Positions 42,307 through 52,204 of a stretch of DNA of 64,000 bases are shown here, in pieces. The position numbers were made by a program, and so were the translations under genes. The stretch is from Bacteroidales bacterium (GTDB lineage: Bacteria > Bacteroidota > Bacteroidia > Bacteroidales > WRLA01). Positions within the stretch are counted from its first letter, which is position 1. Every line of letters begins with the position of its first letter. Below the pieces are notes generated by a model. That model did not search any database and was not told the origin of the DNA. It saw only the letters and a program-made list of their open reading frames with translations. The stretch is from contig OY781463.1 in assembly GCA_963676725.1 (NCBI GenBank), positions 2,786,398-2,850,397 on the forward strand. Reading direction: 5' to 3'.

Positions 42307-44307
42307 CTAACGCAGCACATTTAATTTTTGTGAATAGCTTTGCCTTCCTGTTTCGGTTTGGAGGATGTATATGCCTGATTTTATGGATTCGGGCAGTTGT
42401 ATGCTGACATTATGTTTTCCGGCGCCGAGGAAAGATTCTTTTAGAATGCCAAGATCGCGTCCATTTAGATCACGCAAACGAAAAAGGATATTGGCAGGCA
42501 TTTCCAACTCAAGCTGTGCATAAAGCACATCTTTGGCCGGATTGGGCGTAATTAAAACACTCTCGGCAGGGCTTTGAGCGGGTTCGCCCACTCCTACGCC
42601 CCATAAATCGAGGAGGTTAACCGCTCTGCACTGTATAATGTCGTAGGTAAAGGTATCCTGAACATAGGTAACGATCTTTACTTGTTCCGGATCCCAGAAG
42701 TCTTTTAGGCTGAACGACATTTCCCATTGTTTGGAGCTTGTTTCCGATCCATCCATCGCAAAAGCAATACCGTTGGTATCTGGTAAGGCCATTTGGACTA
42801 CGTCGTCGAAGAAATCAAACCGATTCATACTCATTATATAAGGATGTTGATAGGTAGGAATATGTGAGCGGGTAATAACCGTGCGTAGCTTTAGCCGATC
42901 ATTAACAATTGGCGCTTTTGGTGTGAGCTCTACCATAATATTATAATCCAAACCAGAATGGGTGCCAAAAATATCTAGAATGAAAGGGCATTTTTGCTTC
43001 TCTTTTATCTCTGTCAGGTGTTCACGATATATATTTTGCCTAGGAGTAGCTTCTAAATTGCTAATAACCCTTTCTGGAAAAATACTCCAACGGGGTAGAT
43101 GTGTCAGTCGCGCATATGATGGTTCTCCCGCTTTAAAAATAAATCCATAATCATTCATGCACGAAAAAACCGTAGGCATTTCTGAGGAATCCGGTATTTC
43201 ATCGTAGATATAATTTACGAAAACAACACTCTTCATTTCATTCTTAATTTTTGCTAAGGTATCCACAACTGCTTTTAATTCTCGGGGATAGCTATCTATT
43301 TTATTACTAAAAGAATACCTTGTCGAATACATCACATTTACACAAACTTCATTCTGAAATGGATAGGTATACGAATCCAAATCAAAAAGTGCTGTATTGT
43401 TTTCCTGCACCTGATCGCCTTCACAATCAACTTTGTATTCAACATGGTATAGATGATTGTTATAGGGCAAATGCACTTCCGGAAAAGAAACAGAGAGGGT
43501 GTCCATATGCTGCATTTCCTGCACATTAACAGATTCACTATAAACCACTTCCCCGCTCAGGTGTTCTCTGATCGCGCATACTGCATTGCCATTTATTGCC
43601 AGAAGGCCGGGATTCATCAGTCGTACACATGGTATATATGGCGAACTAATTGAGGTATGCTTATTTGGATATTGATCAATGATTGCTAAATCAGTTTGTG
43701 GGGGCACATACAACCTAATATTATCGATGTTTATCCACATTTTACTTTCAAAACATATATGGTTGAGCCCCATATTAATTTTAAATTGAAAGCCAGGTTT
43801 CTTAAAAAATGATGAATCAATGGCACAAGCAAAGGGAACTGTTTCAAAAGCATCAAAATAATCATCAAAGTTATAATCACATATGCTGTGCCAGTCCTCC
43901 AATAAATCATTTTTAACAAAAAGCTCAAGTTCTATATTCCCAACAAATGCGTCATATTCAAGCCTAAAATATTCCATGCTAAAATTGATATGATCGTAGG
44001 TGGAAAAATCAAGAACCGGTGATATTAAATTTAGCCCATAATAGGGGTCTTTTTCTGATTTGTTCTTATAGTCTTTATCTCCATAGTAATATACATTGAA
44101 CTCTGGCGGATTAGAACCACAATATGTTGTATTGGAAACCCTGTAGCCAAACACAAAACTATGAGAATTTGTGTTAATTTCCCACTTATCAAGGGAGGCC
44201 TGCCCCTCGCTAAAATCTTCAAGAAATACAGTTTGGGCATAGCTACCGCTTAGCATTGAATAACAACACCATAAGGAAATCAATAAGAATAATTTTTTCA
44301 TGATCAA
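42307..44307 (-). CDS. T9SS type A sorting-domain protein, with a possible Omp28-like domain
   Basis: Signal peptide; ITPNPAKD..SGIYIL..QKLNV C-terminal domain. Confidence 0.85.
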   Translation of the reverse strand: MIMKKLFLLISLWCCYSMLSGSYAQTVFLEDFSEGQASLDKWEINTNSHSFVFGYRVSNTTYCGSNPPEFNVYYYGDKDYKNKSEKDPYYGLNLISPVLDFSTYDHINFSMEYFRLEYDAFVGNIELELFVKNDLLEDWHSICDYNFDDYFDAFETVPFACAIDSSFFKKPGFQFKINMGLNHICFESKMWINIDNIRLYVPPQTDLAIIDQYPNKHTSISSPYIPCVRLMNPGLLAINGNAVCAIREHLSGEVVYSESVNVQEMQHMDTLSVSFPEVHLPYNNHLYHVEYKVDCEGDQVQENNTALFDLDSYTYPFQNEVCVNVMYSTRYSFSNKIDSYPRELKAVVDTLAKIKNEMKSVVFVNYIYDEIPDSSEMPTVFSCMNDYGFIFKAGEPSYARLTHLPRWSIFPERVISNLEATPRQNIYREHLTEIKEKQKCPFILDIFGTHSGLDYNIMVELTPKAPIVNDRLKLRTVITRSHIPTYQHPYIMSMNRFDFFDDVVQMALPDTNGIAFAMDGSETSSKQWEMSFSLKDFWDPEQVKIVTYVQDTFTYDIIQCRAVNLLDLWGVGVGEPAQSPAESVLITPNPAKDVLYAQLELEMPANILFRLRDLNGRDLGILKESFLGAGKHNVSIQLPESIKSGIYILQTETGRQSYSQKLNVLR

Positions 44308-44565
44308 TGTGTTTTTTGTATGGATAATCTTTATAAAAAATATTTATTTCAACATAAATCCCTGTAAATATGGTAAATATATTTAGATTGATTTTAAATT
44401 ACAAAAATTTATCAAAATATAGGTAACCTTTTCGGGATCAAACATATTAATTATTAGAACAAAGAACACATTGTGTAATAGCACGACAAATATAGTATAA
44501 AACAATTGAATGCAAAAGGGATTCATAAAAAATTAAATAGTTGTGTTTTATTCACCTGATTTGAC

Positions 44566-44596
44566 TTTGCATCAACCTAAGTCTTTTATATCTTTG
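44566..44596 (+). promoter_or_regulatory. Promoter for the Rhs orphan array
   Basis: TTTG-N19-TATCTTTG. Confidence 0.65.
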
Positions 44597-44601
44597 GCGG
44601 T

Positions 44602-45342
44602 ATGGTAGAACGCATACAAAGAGGCAGCGAAACCCATTATCTCTCCTACATTTCTTCGCCCGACGGGCTGGTGGCAATGCACATCAGTGATGATGACGGC
44701 CGCGACGAAATGAAGTATGTGCTCACCGATTACCTGGGGACTATATACGCTTTGGTGGATGATGGTGCCCAAAGCACGATGAATAAAAGCATTGATTGGG
44801 GTGATGCACTGTGGGGTGACATTGATTTTCTTGATTGTGCGATATCTGGAATTTCTGATGTGGCAACACTTGGGGTTTCTAAAATAACCAAGCTCCTCAA
44901 AATTAGTAAAACAGGGATGAAAGCCATCAATATTGGTTTTAAAGCGATTAATACATATGTTTCTAATTCCTTTAAATCTCAACATGATTTTACTCCTAAT
45001 GATGGATATAAAGTATATCATGATGATATAAACGACGCTGGTAGGAAAGCATCAAATTTAAAATCATTTACTCTGGATATTGCTTTTGACTTTGCTTTTG
45101 AAAAAATAGTTCCAAAGAAGTATGTAGGAAGTTTTGACTCAAAAAGATTCATTGATAGGTTAAAACGTTTTGCTGCATCCACATTCACCATGCCAGCTGG
45201 AAATGATTTTCAAAATAGAATATTTGAGCATGAAATGAATAGATCAAACGAATATATCTTTGATGATGAAAATGGCGAATGGATAAGAGATAATACACCA
45301 AAAATACCATACATGATAAATTTTAATAATGGAGGAAGATAA
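44602..45342 (+). CDS. Orphan Rhs fragment with internal core deletion plus variable C-terminus
   Basis: Shares the first ~58 aa with the other modules, then lacks the DPxG region. Confidence 0.75.
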   Translation: MVERIQRGSETHYLSYISSPDGLVAMHISDDDGRDEMKYVLTDYLGTIYALVDDGAQSTMNKSIDWGDALWGDIDFLDCAISGISDVATLGVSKITKLLKISKTGMKAINIGFKAINTYVSNSFKSQHDFTPNDGYKVYHDDINDAGRKASNLKSFTLDIAFDFAFEKIVPKKYVGSFDSKRFIDRLKRFAASTFTMPAGNDFQNRIFEHEMNRSNEYIFDDENGEWIRDNTPKIPYMINFNNGGR

Positions 45343-45350
45343 AACAAAAG

Positions 45351-45788
45351 ATGGATAAAGCAAATAAAGTAAAAGAAGCAATTACAGGCCTATTATTGAT
45401 TATAGTCCCTATTGTTATTATTGCCGGTGTAATCCACTACTTATCTAGTTCACAACAAATTGAAAATGAAAGGATTTTAAAAATTGGAGAAAGAGCATTG
45501 GCTATATATACGCATAATTCCGGCGGCAGATTTAACGGTTGTCCAGTTTATGAATTTTTGGTCAATGGCAAAAATTATTCGATTGCTATTTCTAGTACAA
45601 TACGTTATAAGTTATATCAGTATCCTAAAACTAAGCCAGTTCCTGCTTTGATTTCATATGACCCGTCAGATCCAAGCAAAAATACAGTAGTTTGTAATAC
45701 TTATTTTGAGTTTGAAGGGCATAAAATAATATGGGAGGAAGGGGATAGGGGGATTCTTATCAAGGCATTCCCTGTTGATAATAATTAA
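45351..45788 (+). CDS. Putative immunity protein (membrane-anchored)
   Basis: Directly after Rhs-CT; N-terminal TM helix. Confidence 0.65.
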   Translation: MDKANKVKEAITGLLLIIVPIVIIAGVIHYLSSSQQIENERILKIGERALAIYTHNSGGRFNGCPVYEFLVNGKNYSIAISSTIRYKLYQYPKTKPVPALISYDPSDPSKNTVVCNTYFEFEGHKIIWEEGDRGILIKAFPVDNN

Positions 45789-45807
45789 TCAATAAATTAT
45801 TTATATT

Positions 45808-45942
45808 ATGGAACTAGTTCTGATTTTTTTTATTCTAATATTTACAGTTTATTCACATGCCCAAACCACCTACCAATACGACGAAAACGGCAACCGCACC
45901 GCCCGTATTATAGATTTGGGCAAGGATATAGAACCAAAATAA
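45808..45942 (+). CDS. Small signal-peptide ORF (truncated paralog of 55802-56275)
   Basis: MELVLIFFILIFTVYSHAQTTYQYDENGNRTARIIDLGKDIEPK. Confidence 0.6.
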   Translation: MELVLIFFILIFTVYSHAQTTYQYDENGNRTARIIDLGKDIEPK

Positions 45943-46013
45943 TTTTGAATAAGTATTTTCCATTAACCGAAAAAGAAATAATTTTAATCCTTTAGAACAA
46001 ATATCCTTAAAAA

Positions 46014-47426
46014 ATGGTAGAACGCATACAAAGAGGCAGTGAAACCCATTACCTCTCCTACATTTCTTCACCCGAGGGGCTGGTGGCAATGCACATCAGT
46101 GATGATGCTGGCCGCGATGAGATGAAGTATGTGCTCACCGATTACCTGGGGACTATATACGCCTTGGTGGATGATGGCGCCCAAAGCTCAGACGATGCGC
46201 TCTATTACAGCTTTAATGCCTGGGGCGAACGCCGCGAGCTGCAAGCCTATGATGGCAGCCTTACGGCACCGCTTTTCTCCGACCCGGCCGACTATATTAC
46301 CAGCCGTGGCTATACCGGACATGAGCATATCGATGCTTTTGACTTAATTAATATGAACGGCAGGGCATACGATCCTGTTGTGGGCGCATTTTTAAGTCCT
46401 GATCCTTATGTTCAGGCTCCGGACATGCCACAGAACCTGAACCGCTATGCCTATTGTTTGAATAACCCTTTGAAATACACAGATCCGAGTGGGGAGTTTA
46501 TAATGACCATTATGTTTGCAATGATGACCAATGTAATGATTCAGGGACTTTCTGGGAATATGAATACTATGGGCTCTTTTTTCCTGGCAGCAGGAATTGG
46601 AGCTGCTTCTGCTGGTGTAGGGCTTGCAACCGGCAGTATATTCCTTGGCGCTTTCTTTGGCCAAACGGGCAATTCTTTAGTAAACGGAAACAACTTTGGG
46701 CAAAGCGTTTTAGCAGGACTACAAGCCGGGGCTGCTTCTGTAGCGGTTGCTGCTGGATTGCAGCTTATTTCTTCTGGTGCTCAATCTGCATATAAGGCAA
46801 TTGCTGAAAAAATAAAATTCAATAAAGTGCATGGTGAAATACTTAGTTCCCCAACCTTTCAAGGTAAATATAAGGGAAAAGAAACAGGAATTGAAACGAC
46901 TGAACAACTTGTAGAGGAAGCGAAAAAGTTTTTGCCAGATTTGGATGAATATGCATCAGACGTTTTGCTGTCTTCTGATCCAAATGCTAAAGCAATGACT
47001 GCTACATATCAAGGTATAGATATTCTTGACGATGACACCTTGTTACATAACGGGGCTGAAGTTGGAGGTGTCACAATACCATATGAGGATTATGCTGGTC
47101 GACCTACTCCAAGAATTATTATTTCCTCAAAAGAAGCAGCTTATTCATTGTCCTTTCAAGCAGTTATGTCTCATGAGTTCACCCACTCTTTTCATTATAA
47201 AACTGGCCTATTTGGAAAATTAGGTACTGCTTTACATAGCAATGAAGAAGTTACAGAATATTTTGCTCATGAAATCAATATTGCTTTCAGGCATAGAATG
47301 GTTAATAGTTACAGTATTGATCAAGCGCTATTTAATCCGGTAGCCAGAACTTATAAAGGATTTAATGTATATCCACCTTCTGTGGATAAATTTGGTATTT
47401 GGAAATATCATAAATTTAGCAAATAA
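46014..47426 (+). CDS. Orphan Rhs core fragment plus zincin-like metallopeptidase C-terminus
   Basis: RGYTGHEH, MNGRAYDP, NNPLKYTDPSG; HEFTH. Confidence 0.88.
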   Translation: MVERIQRGSETHYLSYISSPEGLVAMHISDDAGRDEMKYVLTDYLGTIYALVDDGAQSSDDALYYSFNAWGERRELQAYDGSLTAPLFSDPADYITSRGYTGHEHIDAFDLINMNGRAYDPVVGAFLSPDPYVQAPDMPQNLNRYAYCLNNPLKYTDPSGEFIMTIMFAMMTNVMIQGLSGNMNTMGSFFLAAGIGAASAGVGLATGSIFLGAFFGQTGNSLVNGNNFGQSVLAGLQAGAASVAVAAGLQLISSGAQSAYKAIAEKIKFNKVHGEILSSPTFQGKYKGKETGIETTEQLVEEAKKFLPDLDEYASDVLLSSDPNAKAMTATYQGIDILDDDTLLHNGAEVGGVTIPYEDYAGRPTPRIIISSKEAAYSLSFQAVMSHEFTHSFHYKTGLFGKLGTALHSNEEVTEYFAHEINIAFRHRMVNSYSIDQALFNPVARTYKGFNVYPPSVDKFGIWKYHKFSK

Positions 47427-48139
47427 TGGATCTATACGAATATAAAAATCTCAACCCGATGAAATCACTAAAACTATTTGTTTTTATTAATTTAATTGCT
47501 CAACTACTTTCCGTATCATCTATGTCCGTTTTTGGACAGAAAAACTGCAGTTCAAATAATTCACTGCTTGGAATTTATTTAATTGGTGAGGAAAAATCAA
47601 ATGAAGCAGATAGAAAAATAACGTGGTATATATCGATATGCAGAGACAATCACATTAGTTTAAGAACGTCCAAAAGAACAACTTCAAATCTAAAAGAAGC
47701 AAGTGAAGTATCTGCTCCTAAAGGGATTAAATATGAAGCATTCGTATACGCCCTTAGAGATGAGTATAAGTATTATATTGGTCAGTATAAAATATTGAAT
47801 GACACCCTGAAAGCAAATTTGAATAATAATCAAAACATTTCTTTTTTAATAATAGACTCTCTAAATTTAAAATTAATTGATTGTGACCCCGGCTTTCCTC
47901 ATTTCAAAAATGAATACGCCCATAAATATATTGGCTTTTACACCAACCATTGGTTATGTGGTGAGTTTGGGGTTAACAATAAAAGTTGGGCCTATAGTGG
48001 TGACAGCAGAGACACCCTTTTCGAAAACAGAAAAGAATATTTTTGGATGTATGCTGACTCCACTATAGGTAAATGGATAGAAAGCCTAGATGCCTACAGA
48101 ATTTACGATACAACAGCTCGTCCCAGATATAAACAATAA
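47426..48139 (+). CDS. Putative immunity protein
   Basis: Coupled to the toxin stop; signal peptide; paralog of 49813 and 50512. Confidence 0.7.
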   Translation: MDLYEYKNLNPMKSLKLFVFINLIAQLLSVSSMSVFGQKNCSSNNSLLGIYLIGEEKSNEADRKITWYISICRDNHISLRTSKRTTSNLKEASEVSAPKGIKYEAFVYALRDEYKYYIGQYKILNDTLKANLNNNQNISFLIIDSLNLKLIDCDPGFPHFKNEYAHKYIGFYTNHWLCGEFGVNNKSWAYSGDSRDTLFENRKEYFWMYADSTIGKWIESLDAYRIYDTTARPRYKQ

Positions 48140-48150
48140 ACTTAGTTACA

Positions 48151-48297
48151 ATGAAAATTAGATTAACCACATTTCTTATTATATGCTTGTTTGCCATAAA
48201 TATAAACATCGATGCCCAAACCACCTACCAATACGATGAAAACGGTAACCGCACAGCCCGTATCATAGATTTGGGCAAGGATCTGAAAACAAAATAA
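48151..48297 (+). CDS. Small signal-peptide ORF (truncated paralog of 55802-56275)
   Basis: MKIRLTTFLIICLFAININIDAQTTYQYDENGNRTARIIDLGKDLKTK. Confidence 0.6.
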   Translation: MKIRLTTFLIICLFAININIDAQTTYQYDENGNRTARIIDLGKDLKTK

Positions 48298-48369
48298 ATT
48301 TGAATAAGTATTTGCCTTTAATCGAAAAAGAAATAATTTTAATCCTTTAGAATAAATATCCTCAAAAGA

Positions 48370-49767
48370 ATGACAGAACACATACAAAGAGGCAGCGAAA
48401 CCCTCTCCTACATTTCTTCGCCCGAGGGGCTGGTGGCAATGCACATCAGTGATAATGGCGATGAGATGAAGTATGTGCTCACCGATTACCTGGGGACTAT
48501 ATACGCCTTGGTGGATGATGGCGCCCAAAGCTCAGACGATGCGCTCTATTACAGCTTTAATGCCTGGGGCGAACGCCGCGAGCTGCAAGCCTATGATGGC
48601 AGCCTTACGGCACCGCTTTTCTCCGACCCGGCCGACTATATTACCAGCCGTGGCTATACCGGACATGAGCATATCGATGCTTTTGACTTAATTAATATGA
48701 ACGGCAGGGCATACGATCCTGTTGTGGGCGCTTTCCTGAGCCCTGATCCATATGTGCAGGCTCCGGATATGCCGCAAAACCTGAACCGCTATGCCTATTG
48801 TTTGAATAACCCCTTGAAATATACCGACCCGAGTGGGAATTTTATTATGACCATTATGATTGGAATAATGACCAATGTAATGATTCAGGGACTTTCTGAA
48901 AATATGAATACCATGGGCTCTTTTTTCCTGGCGGCAGGCATTGGAGGTGCTGCAGCTGGAGTTGGGCTTGCAACCGGCAGTATTTTTCTTGCCGCTTTCT
49001 TTGGCCAAACGGGCAATTCTTTAGTAAATGGAAACAACTTTGGGCAAAGTGTTTTAGCAGGACTACAAGCAGGGGCTACTTCTGTAGCGGTTGCTGCTGG
49101 ATTGCAGCTTATTTCTTCTGGTGCTCAATCTGCATATAAGGCAATTGCTGAAAAAATTAAGTTTAATAGAATTGCAAAGCAAACTTATGAAACTCCTATG
49201 CCAAAAGAATTTGGTCCAGAGATGGGCATAACAGATTCAAAGAGCTTGCAACAGGGTGCAACAGAATTAATACCCGAGTGGAAGGATAATGTTGAAAGCG
49301 GATTATTCATTGCAGATGATAGCAGAATGACTGACAACTTAGCTGGTTACGAATACTCTGTCAATAAAAATGTCGATTTAGTTTCGCAAGATGGAGAAAT
49401 AATTGTGGGTGTGACCATACCAGTCGAAAATTATAATGGAGATATTCACGCTCGAGTTTTTATATCCCGAACCGCAGCAGAACACCAATGGTCATTTCAA
49501 TGGACATTAGCTCATGAAGTTACACATGCTTATCATATTAAAACTGGCTTGATCGAGCTTTTTGGTGGCGCTTCTAAAACTGTAACAGAATATTTTGCGC
49601 ATGAGCTTTCAAGGGCAATGATGCATGAAACTAATCATACTTTTCGGCTGCCTAAAAACCTACTATCTAAATGGAATAGTGTGACCAGAGAATTTAACGG
49701 AATTAAAGTATATCCTCCAACAATTGATAAGTGGGGACTATGGAAAAGGTTTAAATTTCATCAATAG
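48370..49767 (+). CDS. Orphan Rhs core fragment plus zincin-like metallopeptidase C-terminus
   Basis: Same Rhs core; HEVTH..TEYFAHE. Confidence 0.88.
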   Translation: MTEHIQRGSETLSYISSPEGLVAMHISDNGDEMKYVLTDYLGTIYALVDDGAQSSDDALYYSFNAWGERRELQAYDGSLTAPLFSDPADYITSRGYTGHEHIDAFDLINMNGRAYDPVVGAFLSPDPYVQAPDMPQNLNRYAYCLNNPLKYTDPSGNFIMTIMIGIMTNVMIQGLSENMNTMGSFFLAAGIGGAAAGVGLATGSIFLAAFFGQTGNSLVNGNNFGQSVLAGLQAGATSVAVAAGLQLISSGAQSAYKAIAEKIKFNRIAKQTYETPMPKEFGPEMGITDSKSLQQGATELIPEWKDNVESGLFIADDSRMTDNLAGYEYSVNKNVDLVSQDGEIIVGVTIPVENYNGDIHARVFISRTAAEHQWSFQWTLAHEVTHAYHIKTGLIELFGGASKTVTEYFAHELSRAMMHETNHTFRLPKNLLSKWNSVTREFNGIKVYPPTIDKWGLWKRFKFHQ

Positions 49768-49812
49768 GAATTGAAATTAGACTAATTTTTAAATTATTCG
49801 AAAATAAAAATA

Positions 49813-50469
49813 ATGACCAAAATGCTTAAATATTTCACTATGTTGATATTCATATTATCCGAATATCAAGGTCTTTGTCAAAAGCTACCTTCTTCCAGCC
49901 TTTATGGGGTATATTCCCTAGAAGAAGCTTCAAATAGTATTAGTTTCAGAAAGCTAGATTGGCAAATAATAATCTGTAAAGATAATCGGGTATTGATTAA
50001 AGCTCCTAAAATAAATAATAGTAAACTTACCTTTTTAAAAAAAGACAGCATCCCAAATTGTTTCTTAAGAGAAAATTTAGAATTCAAATTGAATTTTAAC
50101 TTCCTTGTAGGTAAATATGAAATACAGCATGATACTATAATGATTTTACTTAATAACAGACAAAACATTAGCTTTAAGATTGTAGACTCACTAAATCTAA
50201 GGATCATCAACAAAAACTCAGTCTTTCCAAAATTTAGAGCCAATTTTGCGCATAAAGTCAGTGGCTTTTATCACAACCATTGGTTTTGTGGAGTTTCAGG
50301 AAGTAATAATACTAACTGGGTCTATTGCGGAGATACTTATGATACGCTGTTGATAAATAGAAGAAATAACTTTTGGATGTTTGCCGACACAACCAAATCA
50401 AATATTTATGAACAATTAGATGCTTTTAGAATTTATGACACAACCGCTTACCCAAAGTATAAACAATAA
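49813..50469 (+). CDS. Putative immunity protein
   Basis: Follows Rhs-CT; GFYxNHWxCG and FWMxAD..RIYDTTA motifs. Confidence 0.7.
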   Translation: MTKMLKYFTMLIFILSEYQGLCQKLPSSSLYGVYSLEEASNSISFRKLDWQIIICKDNRVLIKAPKINNSKLTFLKKDSIPNCFLRENLEFKLNFNFLVGKYEIQHDTIMILLNNRQNISFKIVDSLNLRIINKNSVFPKFRANFAHKVSGFYHNHWFCGVSGSNNTNWVYCGDTYDTLLINRRNNFWMFADTTKSNIYEQLDAFRIYDTTAYPKYKQ

Positions 50470-50511
50470 TTAACAACCTCTTTTATTGTCAGGATTCAAA
50501 ATCTCAACCCG

Positions 50512-51186
50512 ATGAAATCACTAAAACTATTTGTTTTTATTAATTTAATTGCTCAACTACTTTCCGTATCATCTATGTCCGTTTTTGGACAGAAAAACTG
50601 CAGTTCAAATAATTCATTGCTTGGAATTTATTGCACAGAAGAAAAAACCTCAAATAGAACAGAGATAAGTTGGTTAATATTAATATGCAGAGACGATCAC
50701 ATATGTATAAGAACCTCAAAAAGAACAACTTCAATTCTAAAAGAAGCAAGTGAAGGATCAGCTCATAGAGGGATTAAGTTTGAAGCATTCGAATACACCC
50801 TTAGGGATAATTTTAAATACTATATTGGTCAGTATAAAATATTGAATGATACCCTGAAAGCAAATTTGAATGATAATCAAAATATTTCCTTTTTAATAAT
50901 AGACTCTTTAAATTTAAAAATAATTAATTGTGATCCTGGTTTTCCTGAATTAAAAAGCCCATACGCCCATAAAAATTCCGGCTTCTACTCTAACCATTGG
51001 CTATGCGGAACCTATGGTGCAAACAATGAAAGTTGGGTCTATAATGGTGACAGCAGAGATACCCTTTTAAAAAACAGAAAAGAATATTTTTGGATGTATG
51101 CTGACTCCACTTTAGGTAAATGGCCAGAAAATACAGACACCTACAGAATTTACGATACAACGGCTCGTCCTAGATATAAACAATAA
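50512..51186 (+). CDS. Orphan immunity paralog
   Basis: N-terminus identical to 47426 product; diverged elsewhere. Confidence 0.7.
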   Translation: MKSLKLFVFINLIAQLLSVSSMSVFGQKNCSSNNSLLGIYCTEEKTSNRTEISWLILICRDDHICIRTSKRTTSILKEASEGSAHRGIKFEAFEYTLRDNFKYYIGQYKILNDTLKANLNDNQNISFLIIDSLNLKIINCDPGFPELKSPYAHKNSGFYSNHWLCGTYGANNESWVYNGDSRDTLLKNRKEYFWMYADSTLGKWPENTDTYRIYDTTARPRYKQ

Positions 51187-51196
51187 ACTAATTACA

Positions 51197-51355
51197 ATGA
51201 AAATTAGATTAACCACATTTCTTATTATATGCTTGTTTGCCATAAATATAAACATCGAAGCCCAAACCACCTACCAATACGACGAAAACGGCAACCGCAC
51301 AGCCCGTATCATAGATTTGGGCAAGGATCTGGAGGAGAAGGTATCTGCTCATTAG
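51197..51355 (+). CDS. Small signal-peptide ORF (truncated paralog of 55802-56275)
   Basis: MKIRLTTFLIICLFAININIEAQTTYQYDENGNRTARIIDLGKDLEEKVSAH. Confidence 0.6.
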   Translation: MKIRLTTFLIICLFAININIEAQTTYQYDENGNRTARIIDLGKDLEEKVSAH

Positions 51356-51388
51356 ATTCCTATTTGTGGTTAAAAATATTATATAAAT

Positions 51389-51931
51389 ATGACACGAATA
51401 ATAATTATAGCACTACTGCTCATCTGTACAATAACTTCATTTTCACAAAATGATGGGATCAAAAATCAACTTGATAGTTTATTGAGTCAGTACAGAACAA
51501 GAATTGATAAGAAACTTCAAGAAAACCATTTTGAAGACATCAAATTGATGTATGCCGTTGTAATATTGAATGATGAAAAAAATGATAACCAGATTGAAAT
51601 GTCTATAAATTGCACTTCAGACATTAGTAAGTTAAATGAAATATCGCCAACTTTCGTAATGAACCATAGAGGCCGTAATATCTATGTCAGGGCTTCTATC
51701 TTATTGTCAGAAAATATCATCAAGAATTTAGGCTTAAAGGAGTTTAGCCGATCGAATAGATATTACGATTTAGAAGAGATGCTCGATAATGATACCATCC
51801 TTGCTTGCAATTATTTCAGCTCATATTATTTAAAATTCAGTAATTGTGATTTAATTACGCAAACTATTGTAAAGCCTTACGAATTGAGATATAAATTATG
51901 GATCTATGGAGCGCAAGAGTTGTTAAAATAA
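51389..51931 (+). CDS. Secreted hypothetical protein, possible orphan immunity
   Basis: Signal peptide; position within the array. Confidence 0.65.
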   Translation: MTRIIIIALLLICTITSFSQNDGIKNQLDSLLSQYRTRIDKKLQENHFEDIKLMYAVVILNDEKNDNQIEMSINCTSDISKLNEISPTFVMNHRGRNIYVRASILLSENIIKNLGLKEFSRSNRYYDLEEMLDNDTILACNYFSSYYLKFSNCDLITQTIVKPYELRYKLWIYGAQELLK

Positions 51932-52001
51932 ATATACGATATTAATATTAGTCATGGATAATTTATGTAAGCGTCTTAATTATTTATCAAATCAAACTCT
52001 C

Positions 52002-52133
52002 ATGAAAATTCTTATAGGTTTATTTATTGTGATACACTTAGGGGGCTATTCTCAAACCACCTACCAATACGACGAAAACGGCAACCGCACATCCCGTATC
52101 ATTAATATGGGTAAGGATATAGAACCAAAATAA
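52002..52133 (+). CDS. Small signal-peptide ORF (truncated paralog of 55802-56275)
   Basis: MKILIGLFIVIHLGGYSQTTYQYDENGNRTSRIINMGKDIEPK. Confidence 0.6.
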   Translation: MKILIGLFIVIHLGGYSQTTYQYDENGNRTSRIINMGKDIEPK

Positions 52134-52204
52134 TTTTGAATAAGTATTTTCCATTAACCGAAAAAGAAATAATTTTAATCCTTTAGAACAAATATCCTTA
52201 AAAA

